Shown piece after piece: positions 27,673 to 36,515 of a stretch of 64,000 nucleotides of DNA. The DNA comes from an uncultured Aminicenantes bacterium (lineage in GTDB: Bacteria; Acidobacteriota; Aminicenantia; UBA2199). The translations under genes were made by a program, and so were the position numbers. The notes beneath the pieces were generated by a model. That model ran no database searches, was not told the origin of the DNA, and worked only from the letters and a program-made list of their open reading frames with translations. The stretch is taken from the NCBI GenBank assembly GCA_965195285.1, contig CBDAFS010000039.1, positions 64,001 to 128,000 of the forward strand, in the 5' to 3' direction. The stretch's first letter is position 1. The number at the start of each line of letters is the position of its first letter.

Positions 27673-27741
27673 ATGAGACCCAATATGAACTATATGGGTC
27701 CCAGCATGAATCCCATCCTGAAAACGGGTGACATCGTTTGA
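27673..27741 (+). pseudogene. Truncated S24/S26 serine peptidase (22-codon N-terminal stub)
   Basis: Translates MRPNMNYMGPSMNPILKTGDIV*, matching the GxSMxPxLxxGD catalytic-Ser box, then stops. Confidence 0.7.
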
Positions 27742-27818
27742 CATTTCAGACCAAATATTATATATAGGACTATAATCTTTTGAGTATAAATATTCATTTC
27801 AATCATTAGGAGGTAAGC

Positions 27819-28598
27819 ATGAATATATATGTATGTATAAAACAGGTTCCTGATACCGAAGCTGTTTTAAATATTAAAGAAGGCAAGTTTATCAATGAAG
27901 AAAACATCAAATGGATTATCAGTCCCTATGATGAAATTGTCCTGGAATTTGCCCTGCAGTTAAAAGAGAAGAATCCGGACTTCAAGGTCACCCTGATTAC
28001 GGTAGGTCCTCCCCGGGCAGAGAGCACTATTCGCAGTGGTCTGGCCATGGGTGCTGAAAGTGCCATTCATATTGAAGCGAGCGATTACCTTGATCATAAG
28101 ACCATTGCCAAGGCATTGGCCCAGGCCTTGAAAAATGAGGGCGATTTCGGTGTCATCTTCACGGGGAAACAGGCCATTGATGACGATGCGAGTTTGACCC
28201 ATATTTATCTTGCTCAAAGCCTGGATATTCCGGTAGTCACAAATGTTATCGGATTTCAGATGGAAGCGGAGAAAGTCATTGTTGAGAGAGAGATTGATCA
28301 GGGAGCCAGGGAAAAAATCGAAATGGGTATCCCCTGTGTAATCGCTGCCACCAAAGGTATTAATGATGTTAACGAGCCCAGATACGCTACCCTGATGGGT
28401 ATCATGAAAGCCAAGAAAATACCCATTAAAAAAATATCGATTCAGGATCTGGGGATTAAAGATGCCACTCCTACGGTCACACAGGAAAAACTGGAAGCAC
28501 CGCCCGAAAAACCGTCCGGAAGAATCATTGAAGGCGAAGTTACAGAATCCATTAAAGAGCTGGTTAGATTGTTGAAAGATGAAGCTAAGGTATTATAG
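27819..28598 (+). CDS. etfB: Electron transfer flavoprotein beta subunit
   Basis: VCIKQVPDT, GKQAIDDD, NEPRYATLMGIMKAKK. Confidence 0.93.
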   Translation: MNIYVCIKQVPDTEAVLNIKEGKFINEENIKWIISPYDEIVLEFALQLKEKNPDFKVTLITVGPPRAESTIRSGLAMGAESAIHIEASDYLDHKTIAKALAQALKNEGDFGVIFTGKQAIDDDASLTHIYLAQSLDIPVVTNVIGFQMEAEKVIVEREIDQGAREKIEMGIPCVIAATKGINDVNEPRYATLMGIMKAKKIPIKKISIQDLGIKDATPTVTQEKLEAPPEKPSGRIIEGEVTESIKELVRLLKDEAKVL

Positions 28599-28607
28599 GA
28601 GGAATCA

Positions 28608-29552
28608 ATGTCAAACATAGGCGTTTATATTGAGTTAAGAGGAGACGAGTTCAAAAAAGCAAACCGTGAAGCCCTTGGTCTGGCGAGATCAAGTGGAAAA
28701 GATGTATATGCAATTATTTTTACCAGAGACATCTCAGCCTATGAGAATGAATTCAAAGGAATACCCAAAGTCATTCAAATAAAAAATGAGAACTTGACCT
28801 ATCAACCGGATGTATATGCAGCAACCATTGCCAACATAATGAAGGAACATCAATTAAACGACCTTTTAGGGGTTGCTTCCGCTCAGGGAAAGGATTTATT
28901 CCCTCGCATTGCAGCCAATACCGATGGCAGTATCATTAATGACTGCATCGCTGTGGATTTTGATAACCATACGGTTAAAAAACCGGTTTATGCCGGGAAA
29001 CTGATATCCACTTTCAAGTTAGGCGGTGAATTCCGGATTATTACCATCAGGCCCAATGTTTTTCCTGTAAAAGAAAAAGAATCGGACAGCCAACCGGAAG
29101 TAATCGAGACTGGTATCGTGAAAATTGAAGAAAAATCAAAAATTATCGATATAATAAAAAGTGAAACCAAAAAGATTGATTTAACCGAAGCCGAGATTAT
29201 TATTTCCGGTGGAAGAGGAATGAAGTCCAAAGAGAATTTTAAAATACTGCAAGAGGTGGCCGAAGTCCTGAATGCCGGTGTGGGGGCATCCCGCGCAGCA
29301 GTTGATTCCGACTATGCCACTCCGGATATGCAGGTCGGGCAAACCGGAAAAGTGGTAAACCCAAAACTCTATATTGCCTGCGGTATATCGGGAGCCATTC
29401 AGCACTTTGTTGGCATGAAAACATCTAAATTCATTGTGGCCATAAACAAGGATCCGGAAGCACCCATATTCAAAAAAGCGGATTACGGCATTGTTGCCGA
29501 TCTGTTTAAAGCCGTTCCCCTGCTGAAAGAAGAGCTGGAGAAAATTCTATAG
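28608..29552 (+). CDS. etfA: Electron transfer flavoprotein alpha subunit
   Basis: SGGRG, GASRAAVD, QVGQTGK, GISGAIQH, AINKDPEAPIF. Confidence 0.95.
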   Translation: MSNIGVYIELRGDEFKKANREALGLARSSGKDVYAIIFTRDISAYENEFKGIPKVIQIKNENLTYQPDVYAATIANIMKEHQLNDLLGVASAQGKDLFPRIAANTDGSIINDCIAVDFDNHTVKKPVYAGKLISTFKLGGEFRIITIRPNVFPVKEKESDSQPEVIETGIVKIEEKSKIIDIIKSETKKIDLTEAEIIISGGRGMKSKENFKILQEVAEVLNAGVGASRAAVDSDYATPDMQVGQTGKVVNPKLYIACGISGAIQHFVGMKTSKFIVAINKDPEAPIFKKADYGIVADLFKAVPLLKEELEKIL

Positions 29553-29580
29553 ATTGATTTCTGTCTGCGACTGATTTAGG

Positions 29581-29657
29581 AAAAAGTAACCGGTATCAGT
29601 TATAAAAAAAGGTAAAAAGGTGGGAGACATATTGAAAGGAAAACTGATACCGGTTAC
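29581..29657 (-). terminator. 16-bp perfect inverted repeat with a 40-nt loop, followed by a U-tract on the minus strand
   Basis: GTAACCGGTATCAGTT (29586-29601) pairs with AACTGATACCGGTTAC (29642-29657); A5 at 29581-29585. Confidence 0.5.
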
Positions 29658-30009
29658 GGATATACATCCAAACCTTCAGGGAAATGTAAAATTCCGACCC
29701 CCACTATCAATATAAAGCTTGCAGGAATCATATTGCCTATAGCCGAATAAGGTATGAATACTGATATAGGGGGTTCCGTTCATGGCTAATGATTCATGAA
29801 ATTCCAGCCAGTTCATATGATGTTGACCATTGCTGGCACCCTCGGGGAAAAAAGCCCCCCCCTGGTAGCCAAAGCCGGTTTTATTGCGGTTTGACAACTC
29901 GGTTTGATACAACTCATGCCATTGGAACCATAATGATATAAACCGGGTAGTACAGGCCATTTCAATTAGATTCTTATCCATTTAAACAAGTCCCATGTCC
30001 CCAGAAGAT

Positions 30010-30081
30010 GCCACGCCCAGTGCCAGTGTTACTTTCAATGATATGGCAGGAATATGTTGCAACATCTGGCACTGGTGTGGC
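30010..30081. repeat. Imperfect ~16-20 bp inverted repeat
   Basis: GCCACGCCCAGTGCCAG ... CTGGCACTGGTGTGGC. Confidence 0.7.
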
Positions 30082-30174
30082 TGTATAAGAAGGGTATTTT
30101 GAAAATTGGCAATTCAACAACCCATCCAAACCTGATTCCGGGGCACTAAGCCTACCATTTGCCAATAATGTATT

Positions 30175-30190
30175 AGCAATTATGCTTCCA
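30175..30190 (-). promoter_or_regulatory. Candidate sigma54 (-24/-12) promoter
   Basis: TGGAAGCATAATTGCT = GG-N10-GC with TTGCT. Confidence 0.4.
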
Positions 30191-30498
30191 ATAATTTCAA
30201 GTTTGAAAACATCTATAATAAATGATTTCAAGATTCTTCTTTTTTTATGACTTTTTTAACTGTTCCATATTGAAACACTTTTCTAAAGTTTTTTTGCTTT
30301 TATGACTATATACCTTTCAATTGAACCGGGATCCAATTGTAATGGTTTGAAACACCATTTTTCATTAAAATGAAATCACCTCATTGACAAACGATTTCAG
30401 GATCTTAAAGAGTGTACTGAAACGGGACGATCCCCTTAAAATGGACTTTTTGCTTAGAACAAAATTCAAACTTTATTTATTCAGAAAAAACAGAAATT

Positions 30499-31086
30499 TT
30501 AATAAAAAACAGATGATACGACTTTGTGTTTGTATTTCTGGTTATTGTGAAGGTAACCATTGTTATATAGATGCAAAGTCTTCAACAGATCTCCCCTGGC
30601 TTCATCATAATATCTCTTCAGAATTTGCATTCCCAAATCAATATTATATTCAATATTAAAAATCCGTAGATTATCAATGTCCAATTCTTCCTTCCACACC
30701 GAGTAATTCACCTGCATCAGGCCATAGGCTCCTTTTGAAGATTTAGCCCGGGGTTTGAAATTGCTCTCAATCTGAATTAAACTCAAAATCAAATTGGGAT
30801 TGAAACCGTATTCCTTACTTTTATAGTAAACCACATCTACAATTTTGGAGAAAACCGAGTATTTTTTCCGGACCACCTTATCTCTGTAGATTAAAAAATC
30901 AACTTTCTCCATCTGAACTTGATGGGTATGCATTTTCTGTTTCATTTTATCAAGCCGGATATTCAGTATTTCAATTTCCTTTTTTCTGTGTTTATTTTCA
31001 ACCGATACATTAAGCAGGTTTGCCGTCAATATGGCTACAATCAAGGTTGAAGATATTAATATAAATATTGTTTTTTTTAAATTCAT
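30499..31086 (-). CDS. Membrane-anchored lytic transglycosylase (SLT domain)
   Basis: N-terminal TM and coiled coil, then LIQIESNFKPRAKSSKGAYGLMQV, NIDLG, LHLYNNG; ATG 31086 has a GAGGGG RBS. Confidence 0.88.
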   Translation of the reverse strand: MNLKKTIFILISSTLIVAILTANLLNVSVENKHRKKEIEILNIRLDKMKQKMHTHQVQMEKVDFLIYRDKVVRKKYSVFSKIVDVVYYKSKEYGFNPNLILSLIQIESNFKPRAKSSKGAYGLMQVNYSVWKEELDIDNLRIFNIEYNIDLGMQILKRYYDEARGDLLKTLHLYNNGYLHNNQKYKHKVVSSVFY

Positions 31087-31098
31087 TTTTCTACCCCT

Positions 31099-31145
31099 CA
31101 ACTATATATTGTGTATATACTATCATAAAACACTATATATGTCAA
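31099..31145 (-). promoter_or_regulatory. Sigma70 promoter overlapped by two NrdR-like boxes
   Basis: Minus-strand TTGACA-17-TAGTAT with extended TG; boxes CAACTATATATTGTGT (31099-31114) and ACACTATATATGTCAA (31130-31145), 31 bp apart. Confidence 0.6.
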
Positions 31146-31340
31146 TTTATTTTAATTTTTTTAAAGCCTGAATTCTATCAGTCAAAGGCTGTTTGTGTCA
31201 AGCCAATAACTCCAATAAATTGACCTGAAATTAACCTTGATTTTTGTGATGGTTGCCTTTACAATACGTTCAGAATGAACAAATTACTCAGGCTTAAAAA
31301 CGAAATATGATTTATTACAACCTATCGATAAGGAGTATAC

Positions 31341-32861
31341 ATGAATATTGCCCTAATAAGTGTTTATCATAAAAAAGGTATCGAGACGGTGGCACAAAAA
31401 TTGAAAGATAAGGGATGGAAAATCATTTCCACCGGAGGAACCGCTGAATATCTGAAGAAACATCATGTCGATGTGATCGAAATATCCGATTTGACCCAAT
31501 TTCCGGAAATCCTGGACGGCCGGGTAAAAACCCTGCACCCGCTTGTTTTTGCACCGATTCTGGCTAAAAAAATCGATCATCACTTGCAGCAACTTAAACA
31601 GCTGGATACATCAAAAATCGATCTGGTTATGGTCAATTTCTATCCCTTTGAAGATGCCCTGATAGAAAAACAAAAAGGAATCGATTATATGGTTGAAAAT
31701 ATCGATATCGGGGGTCCTTCAATGGTCAGGGCAGCGGCAAAGAATTTTATGGCCACCATTGTTGTTGTGGACCAGGAAGATTACCTACCCGTGGTTGAAC
31801 AATTAATCATGGATGACGATATCACGACCGATCATCGCAAGGCCCTGGCTCAGAAGGCATTTGCCTATTGTTCATTCTATGATTCACTGATTGCCCGATA
31901 CCTTGATGACGGTTCAGAGTTTTTCCCCCCCTATTTTACCCTGGGAGGCCGCAATAAACTCAAGCTCAGATACGGAGAAAATCCGCATCAAAATGCATCT
32001 CTTTATATTCGGGATAAGAATTCTCCGATGGGGAACTTCCTCAAAATCCAGGGTAAAGAACTTTCCTTTAACAATATCCTGGATCTTTCCATGGTTTACG
32101 AAGTGTTGAATCATTTTCAGGATGAGGAAAGCTTTTGCACAATTGTCAAGCACCAGAATCCCTGTGGGGCTGCCCAGGATCCACAACAAAGGCAGGCATT
32201 TAAAAAGGCCTTTTCAGGAGATTCAAAATCAGCCTTTGGCGGTATTGTCGGCTTCAACAATACCCTGAATAAAGATACTGCAGAGGAAATGAGCAAAATC
32301 TTTTTTGAAGTGATTATAGCCCCGGATTTCTCCGAAGAGGCCTTGGCTATTTTAAGAAAGAAGAAAAATCTCAGGGTGATAAAAATGTCGCCTGGCTATA
32401 CAGAATTGCTGGATATGAAAACCATCCCCGGTGGATTTTTACTGCAGAAAAAAGATATTGATCTGAAAGATTCGAAACATTTTGAATTAAAAACATCCAG
32501 AAAACTACAAAAGGGTGAAAGGTCAGATGTGGCTTTTGGCTGGAAATTAATAAAGTTTGTAAAATCAAACGGGATTATCCTGGTGAAGGGCCACATGTTG
32601 ATCGGTGTGGGAGCCGGACAGATGAGCCGGGTGGATGCCGTGGATCTTGCCATTCGAAAAAGTCAATTTCCTTGCGAAGGAGCGGTTCTCCTATCCGATG
32701 CCTTTTTTCCATTCGCCGATTCCATAGAGATAGCCGCCAGGGAAAAAATCCGGGTTGTCGTGGAACCGGGTGGATCTATACGGGATAACGAAGTTATCGA
32801 GGCAGCAGAAAAAAACAGCATTTCACTTCTGTTTACCGGGATGCGACATTTCAGACATTAA
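31341..32861 (+). CDS. purH: Bifunctional AICAR transformylase / IMP cyclohydrolase
   Basis: STGGT, GRVKTLHP, IDIGGPSMVRAAAKN, LRYGENPHQ, KHQNPCG, SDAFFPF, GMRHFRH. Confidence 0.96.
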   Translation: MNIALISVYHKKGIETVAQKLKDKGWKIISTGGTAEYLKKHHVDVIEISDLTQFPEILDGRVKTLHPLVFAPILAKKIDHHLQQLKQLDTSKIDLVMVNFYPFEDALIEKQKGIDYMVENIDIGGPSMVRAAAKNFMATIVVVDQEDYLPVVEQLIMDDDITTDHRKALAQKAFAYCSFYDSLIARYLDDGSEFFPPYFTLGGRNKLKLRYGENPHQNASLYIRDKNSPMGNFLKIQGKELSFNNILDLSMVYEVLNHFQDEESFCTIVKHQNPCGAAQDPQQRQAFKKAFSGDSKSAFGGIVGFNNTLNKDTAEEMSKIFFEVIIAPDFSEEALAILRKKKNLRVIKMSPGYTELLDMKTIPGGFLLQKKDIDLKDSKHFELKTSRKLQKGERSDVAFGWKLIKFVKSNGIILVKGHMLIGVGAGQMSRVDAVDLAIRKSQFPCEGAVLLSDAFFPFADSIEIAAREKIRVVVEPGGSIRDNEVIEAAEKNSISLLFTGMRHFRH

Positions 32862-32901
32862 TCAATCCACATAAGGGATCGTTAAAACATTGATGGAAAA
32901 G

Positions 32902-33480
32902 TTATTGGTTGGAATAAATTTGGATGTCGATTTTTTTTAACATCTGCATAATCATATGCAGAGGTAATCCCATTACATTGAAATAACAACCATTTATTTT
33001 TTTTACAAAAACCGATGCCCTACCCTGAATCGCATAAGCTCCGGCCTTGTCCAAATATTGCTCATGATCAAGATAGTATTCAATTTCAGAATGGGAAATC
33101 TTCTCAAAATACACGTTGGTCCGCTGGTAATCAAAATAAATTTTTTGTTGATAAAGAATGGAAATACCGGTCCACACCTCATGCATTTGATCGGAAAGGG
33201 AGGCCAACATGGTGGTGGCATGCCTTCGATCAACCGGTTTTCCCAGAATCTTATCATGCAAAAGAACAATGGTATCGGCGCTGAATATAACTGAATTCAA
33301 ATAGGTATTCCGGTAAATACTCCAGGCTTTCTCAGCTGTGATCCTTTCCAGGAACTTTTCCAGGGATTCTCCATCAATTAAATTTTCCTTTATATCCGGA
33401 GAGATCACCAGGGGATCAATACCAACCAAATTCAAAAGCTCTTTTCTCCGGGGTGAAGAAGAAGCCAAAATGAAATCCAT
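32902..33480 (-). CDS. maf: Maf-family nucleoside triphosphate pyrophosphatase
   Basis: LASSSPRRKELL, ADTIV, LGKP, DKAGAYAIQG, NVMGLP. Confidence 0.92.
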   Translation of the reverse strand: MDFILASSSPRRKELLNLVGIDPLVISPDIKENLIDGESLEKFLERITAEKAWSIYRNTYLNSVIFSADTIVLLHDKILGKPVDRRHATTMLASLSDQMHEVWTGISILYQQKIYFDYQRTNVYFEKISHSEIEYYLDHEQYLDKAGAYAIQGRASVFVKKINGCYFNVMGLPLHMIMQMLKKIDIQIYSNQ

Positions 33481-33500
33481 ATTTCTCACTCTCCTCCGGC

Positions 33501-34895
33501 TCAAACTTTTAAATTGAATTTGCTGATCAGGTACCGTAAAGAACGGTAACTTATATTTAACATTTCAGCGGTCATTTTCAGATGGGAATGATTTTTTTCC
33601 AATGCTTTGACAAGAACCTGTTGACTGATTTTATCCATATATTCAGTATAATCGAAATCACTTTCAGTCAGTAAGGAATCAATACTGTCTTCGGACATGA
33701 CACTTTCGGTTATGTTGTATACCAATTCTTTGGGCAATGATTTTGTGGTGATAACATTTTCTTTCTCCAGAGCCACTGACCTCTCTATAAAATTCTCCAG
33801 TTCTCTGACATTTCCCGGCCAGGGATACTTAATGAACAGATCAATCACTTCCCGCTCATATCCCTCAATCCGTTTGTTAAACCTTTTGTTCAGGTTATTT
33901 AAAATATTATGCATTAACAAAGGGATATCATCCTTTCTGTCCTTCAGAGGCGGGATATTGATGGATATGACATTCAGGCGATAAAATAAATCGGAGCGGA
34001 ACTTACCCTTGGTCATGCTGTCCAACAAATCCTTATTGGTCGCCGATATAATCCGGACATCAATGGCAATCTCATTGTTGCTTCCGACTCTTCTTATTGT
34101 CCTTTCCTGAATAGCTCGTAGGAGTTTCACCTGCATGGGTTGAGGCATTTCGCCGATTTCATCCAAAAATAAAGTGCCCTTATCCGCTACTTCAAACAAT
34201 CCAGTCTTGTCCCGATAGGCATCTGTGAATGCTCCCTTTGAATGTCCAAATAATTCGCTCTCCAGTAAATTTTCTGGCAAGGCCCCACAGTTAATTGACA
34301 CAAAGTCATTTTGGGCACGGGGACCTTTATTATGAATGGCCCTGGCAATTAATTCCTTTCCGGTTCCGCTCTCACCACTTATAAGAACTGTTGAATCGGT
34401 CTGGGAAATGGTATCGATCAAATCAAATATCTTCAGCATTTTGGAATTTTTGCCAACAATATTTTCGAATTTTTCTTTTTCCGTTAACTTTGATTTGAGT
34501 TCAATGTTTTCCTTTTCAATGGTTTTTCTGTAAATCGACTTATTGATGATGATTTTCAACTCATCCAGGTTGAACGGTTTGATGATATAATCCTCAGCCC
34601 CCAACTTCATGGCTTCAACCGCATCATTTGTACTGGCAAATCCAGTGATCATGATAACCGGGATTTCCTGATCAATCGACTTTACTTTACGCAACAGTTC
34701 AATACCGCTGATTTCCGGCATTTTGATGTCTGAAATGATCAAATCGATCATTTCTTTTTTTAATTTTTTCAAGGCGACAATGGCGCTCTCTACCGCAATC
34801 ACTTCATAACCCTCATTCTTCAATACAATTGATAACATATTGCGGATACTGTGATCATCATCAATGATCAAAACCTTTATCCCTTTATCCTGCAT
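33501..34895 (-). CDS. pilR: Sigma54-dependent response regulator (PilR-like)
   Basis: Receiver domain, GESGTGKE, GAFTDA, WPGNVRELEN, C-terminal HTH; follows pilS. Confidence 0.85.
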   Translation of the reverse strand: MQDKGIKVLIIDDDHSIRNMLSIVLKNEGYEVIAVESAIVALKKLKKEMIDLIISDIKMPEISGIELLRKVKSIDQEIPVIMITGFASTNDAVEAMKLGAEDYIIKPFNLDELKIIINKSIYRKTIEKENIELKSKLTEKEKFENIVGKNSKMLKIFDLIDTISQTDSTVLISGESGTGKELIARAIHNKGPRAQNDFVSINCGALPENLLESELFGHSKGAFTDAYRDKTGLFEVADKGTLFLDEIGEMPQPMQVKLLRAIQERTIRRVGSNNEIAIDVRIISATNKDLLDSMTKGKFRSDLFYRLNVISINIPPLKDRKDDIPLLMHNILNNLNKRFNKRIEGYEREVIDLFIKYPWPGNVRELENFIERSVALEKENVITTKSLPKELVYNITESVMSEDSIDSLLTESDFDYTEYMDKISQQVLVKALEKNHSHLKMTAEMLNISYRSLRYLISKFNLKV

Positions 34896-36498
34896 GCCTT
34901 TTCCCCTTCTCCTGTTTGTTAAAATGGATGATCACTTCGGTTCCAATATTTTTCTCGGAATTGATTTCAATTCCAAAGCCATGATCTTCGACAATCCTGT
35001 GTACAATAGCCATTCCCAGGCCAATACCGGAAGTGAATTTGGAATAGAACGGAGTAAATACTTTACTCATTTCACTTTTATCCATGCCACGGCCGTTATC
35101 TTTTATCGATAGGATCAGATGGTCCGTTTTATCATAAACATTCACTTCGACAATACCGTTGCCATTAACCGCCTTGACCGCATTGCTAAACAAATTCCAA
35201 AACAGTTGTTTGATTTGTTCGGAATCAGCCATCACCATTTCCTGTTTGCCATATTTTTGGATGAATTTTACTTCCTTATGATTGATCCGGAGTAATTTTG
35301 TGATATCATCAATGATTTCAGATAGGTTGATTTGAGTTTTTTTCAAAGGAGTTACTTTGGCAAATTCAAGAAATTCTTCAACGGATTTCGAAAGACGGTT
35401 TGACTCGGTAATGATGATATCCATCAGGTTCCTATATTCACTTCCCAGTTTGAGTTTTTTCTGAAGAAATTGAACAGAGCCCGATATTGAAGCGAGGGGA
35501 TTTCGTATTTCATGGGCAATACCGGCAGCCATTTCGCCAATAATGGCAAAATTTTCCTTTTTTTGCAATGCATGCTCAATCTCTTTCGTCTTGGTTAAAT
35601 CCATAATGATAAAGACAAATATTTTATTGAAAGAATAAATATTCCTTAACATTGATACCGAAATACCCAGGATAAACCTGTTTGTCTTTTTCTCAAAATA
35701 ATATTTATGATGAGATTCGGTTATCCCCTTCAGTTCCTGTTGATCATGCGCTGATAATAATATCTTAAAAATGTTACTCTTGCTGTTGAGATTTAAAAGC
35801 TTTTTGGATTTTTCATTATAAGATATGATCCTCCCACGGACATCACAGATAAAAAATCCATTCTCCATTTTTTCCATGACGGCATTGTTGATCAAAACCA
35901 AATCCTTTAAATTCTCCTGTATGTTCTTCAATTCCTCATCTGTTTTTTTGATTTTGTCAAAATAATAAGAAGCAATTATGGCCACAGCCGAAAAGGCAAT
36001 GAAACTCATCAACAGATTATAAATAAAGCTGCTAAATGATATGTCAGGTAAATAATTTCCTGAATAAAACGGAATAATCTTCAGGTACATAAAGTCTGAT
36101 AAAATTCCAAAAATGATGAAAGACAACGTGGCAATATACAAGGTGTCTCTCTTGGTCAAAAATATGGCTGAGGTAATAATGGGCAAGATATAGAGAAAAT
36201 AAAAAGGGCTGATGATTCCTCCTGAAAGATAAACCAGGAGGGTGATAACCAGGATATCGATAAAGAGTTGAAGATAGATATTAAATCTGAAATTCAAGTA
36301 TTTGAATAAAGGGAAATAGGAAATGGCAAATAACACGGCAACAAACAGTGAAATAATGATGGGGAATATTTGAGAAGGGTATTCGGTAAAATTCAGTAAA
36401 AATAAAGATATGAGAGCCAGAGCGGAAAGAATAGTGATGCGGATAGAATTCAGAAATAAGAATCTTCTTCTTAAGCTTTTATCTTTTAAAAAAATCAA
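34885..36498 (-). CDS. pilS: Sensor histidine kinase (PilS-like)
   Basis: Multiple TMs with GGIISPFYFLY; AHEIRNPLASI; DNGRG and GIGLG; follows pilC. Confidence 0.85.
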   Translation of the reverse strand: MIFLKDKSLRRRFLFLNSIRITILSALALISLFLLNFTEYPSQIFPIIISLFVAVLFAISYFPLFKYLNFRFNIYLQLFIDILVITLLVYLSGGIISPFYFLYILPIITSAIFLTKRDTLYIATLSFIIFGILSDFMYLKIIPFYSGNYLPDISFSSFIYNLLMSFIAFSAVAIIASYYFDKIKKTDEELKNIQENLKDLVLINNAVMEKMENGFFICDVRGRIISYNEKSKKLLNLNSKSNIFKILLSAHDQQELKGITESHHKYYFEKKTNRFILGISVSMLRNIYSFNKIFVFIIMDLTKTKEIEHALQKKENFAIIGEMAAGIAHEIRNPLASISGSVQFLQKKLKLGSEYRNLMDIIITESNRLSKSVEEFLEFAKVTPLKKTQINLSEIIDDITKLLRINHKEVKFIQKYGKQEMVMADSEQIKQLFWNLFSNAVKAVNGNGIVEVNVYDKTDHLILSIKDNGRGMDKSEMSKVFTPFYSKFTSGIGLGMAIVHRIVEDHGFGIEINSEKNIGTEVIIHFNKQEKGKRHAG

Positions 36499-36515
36499 GG
36501 CAATTAAACTCTATT

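Noticed and set aside
29676-30231. ORFs 29676-29981 and 29974-30231 as proteins
   Set aside because: No recognisable motifs or clear RBS; they overlap inverted repeats and are probably spurious.
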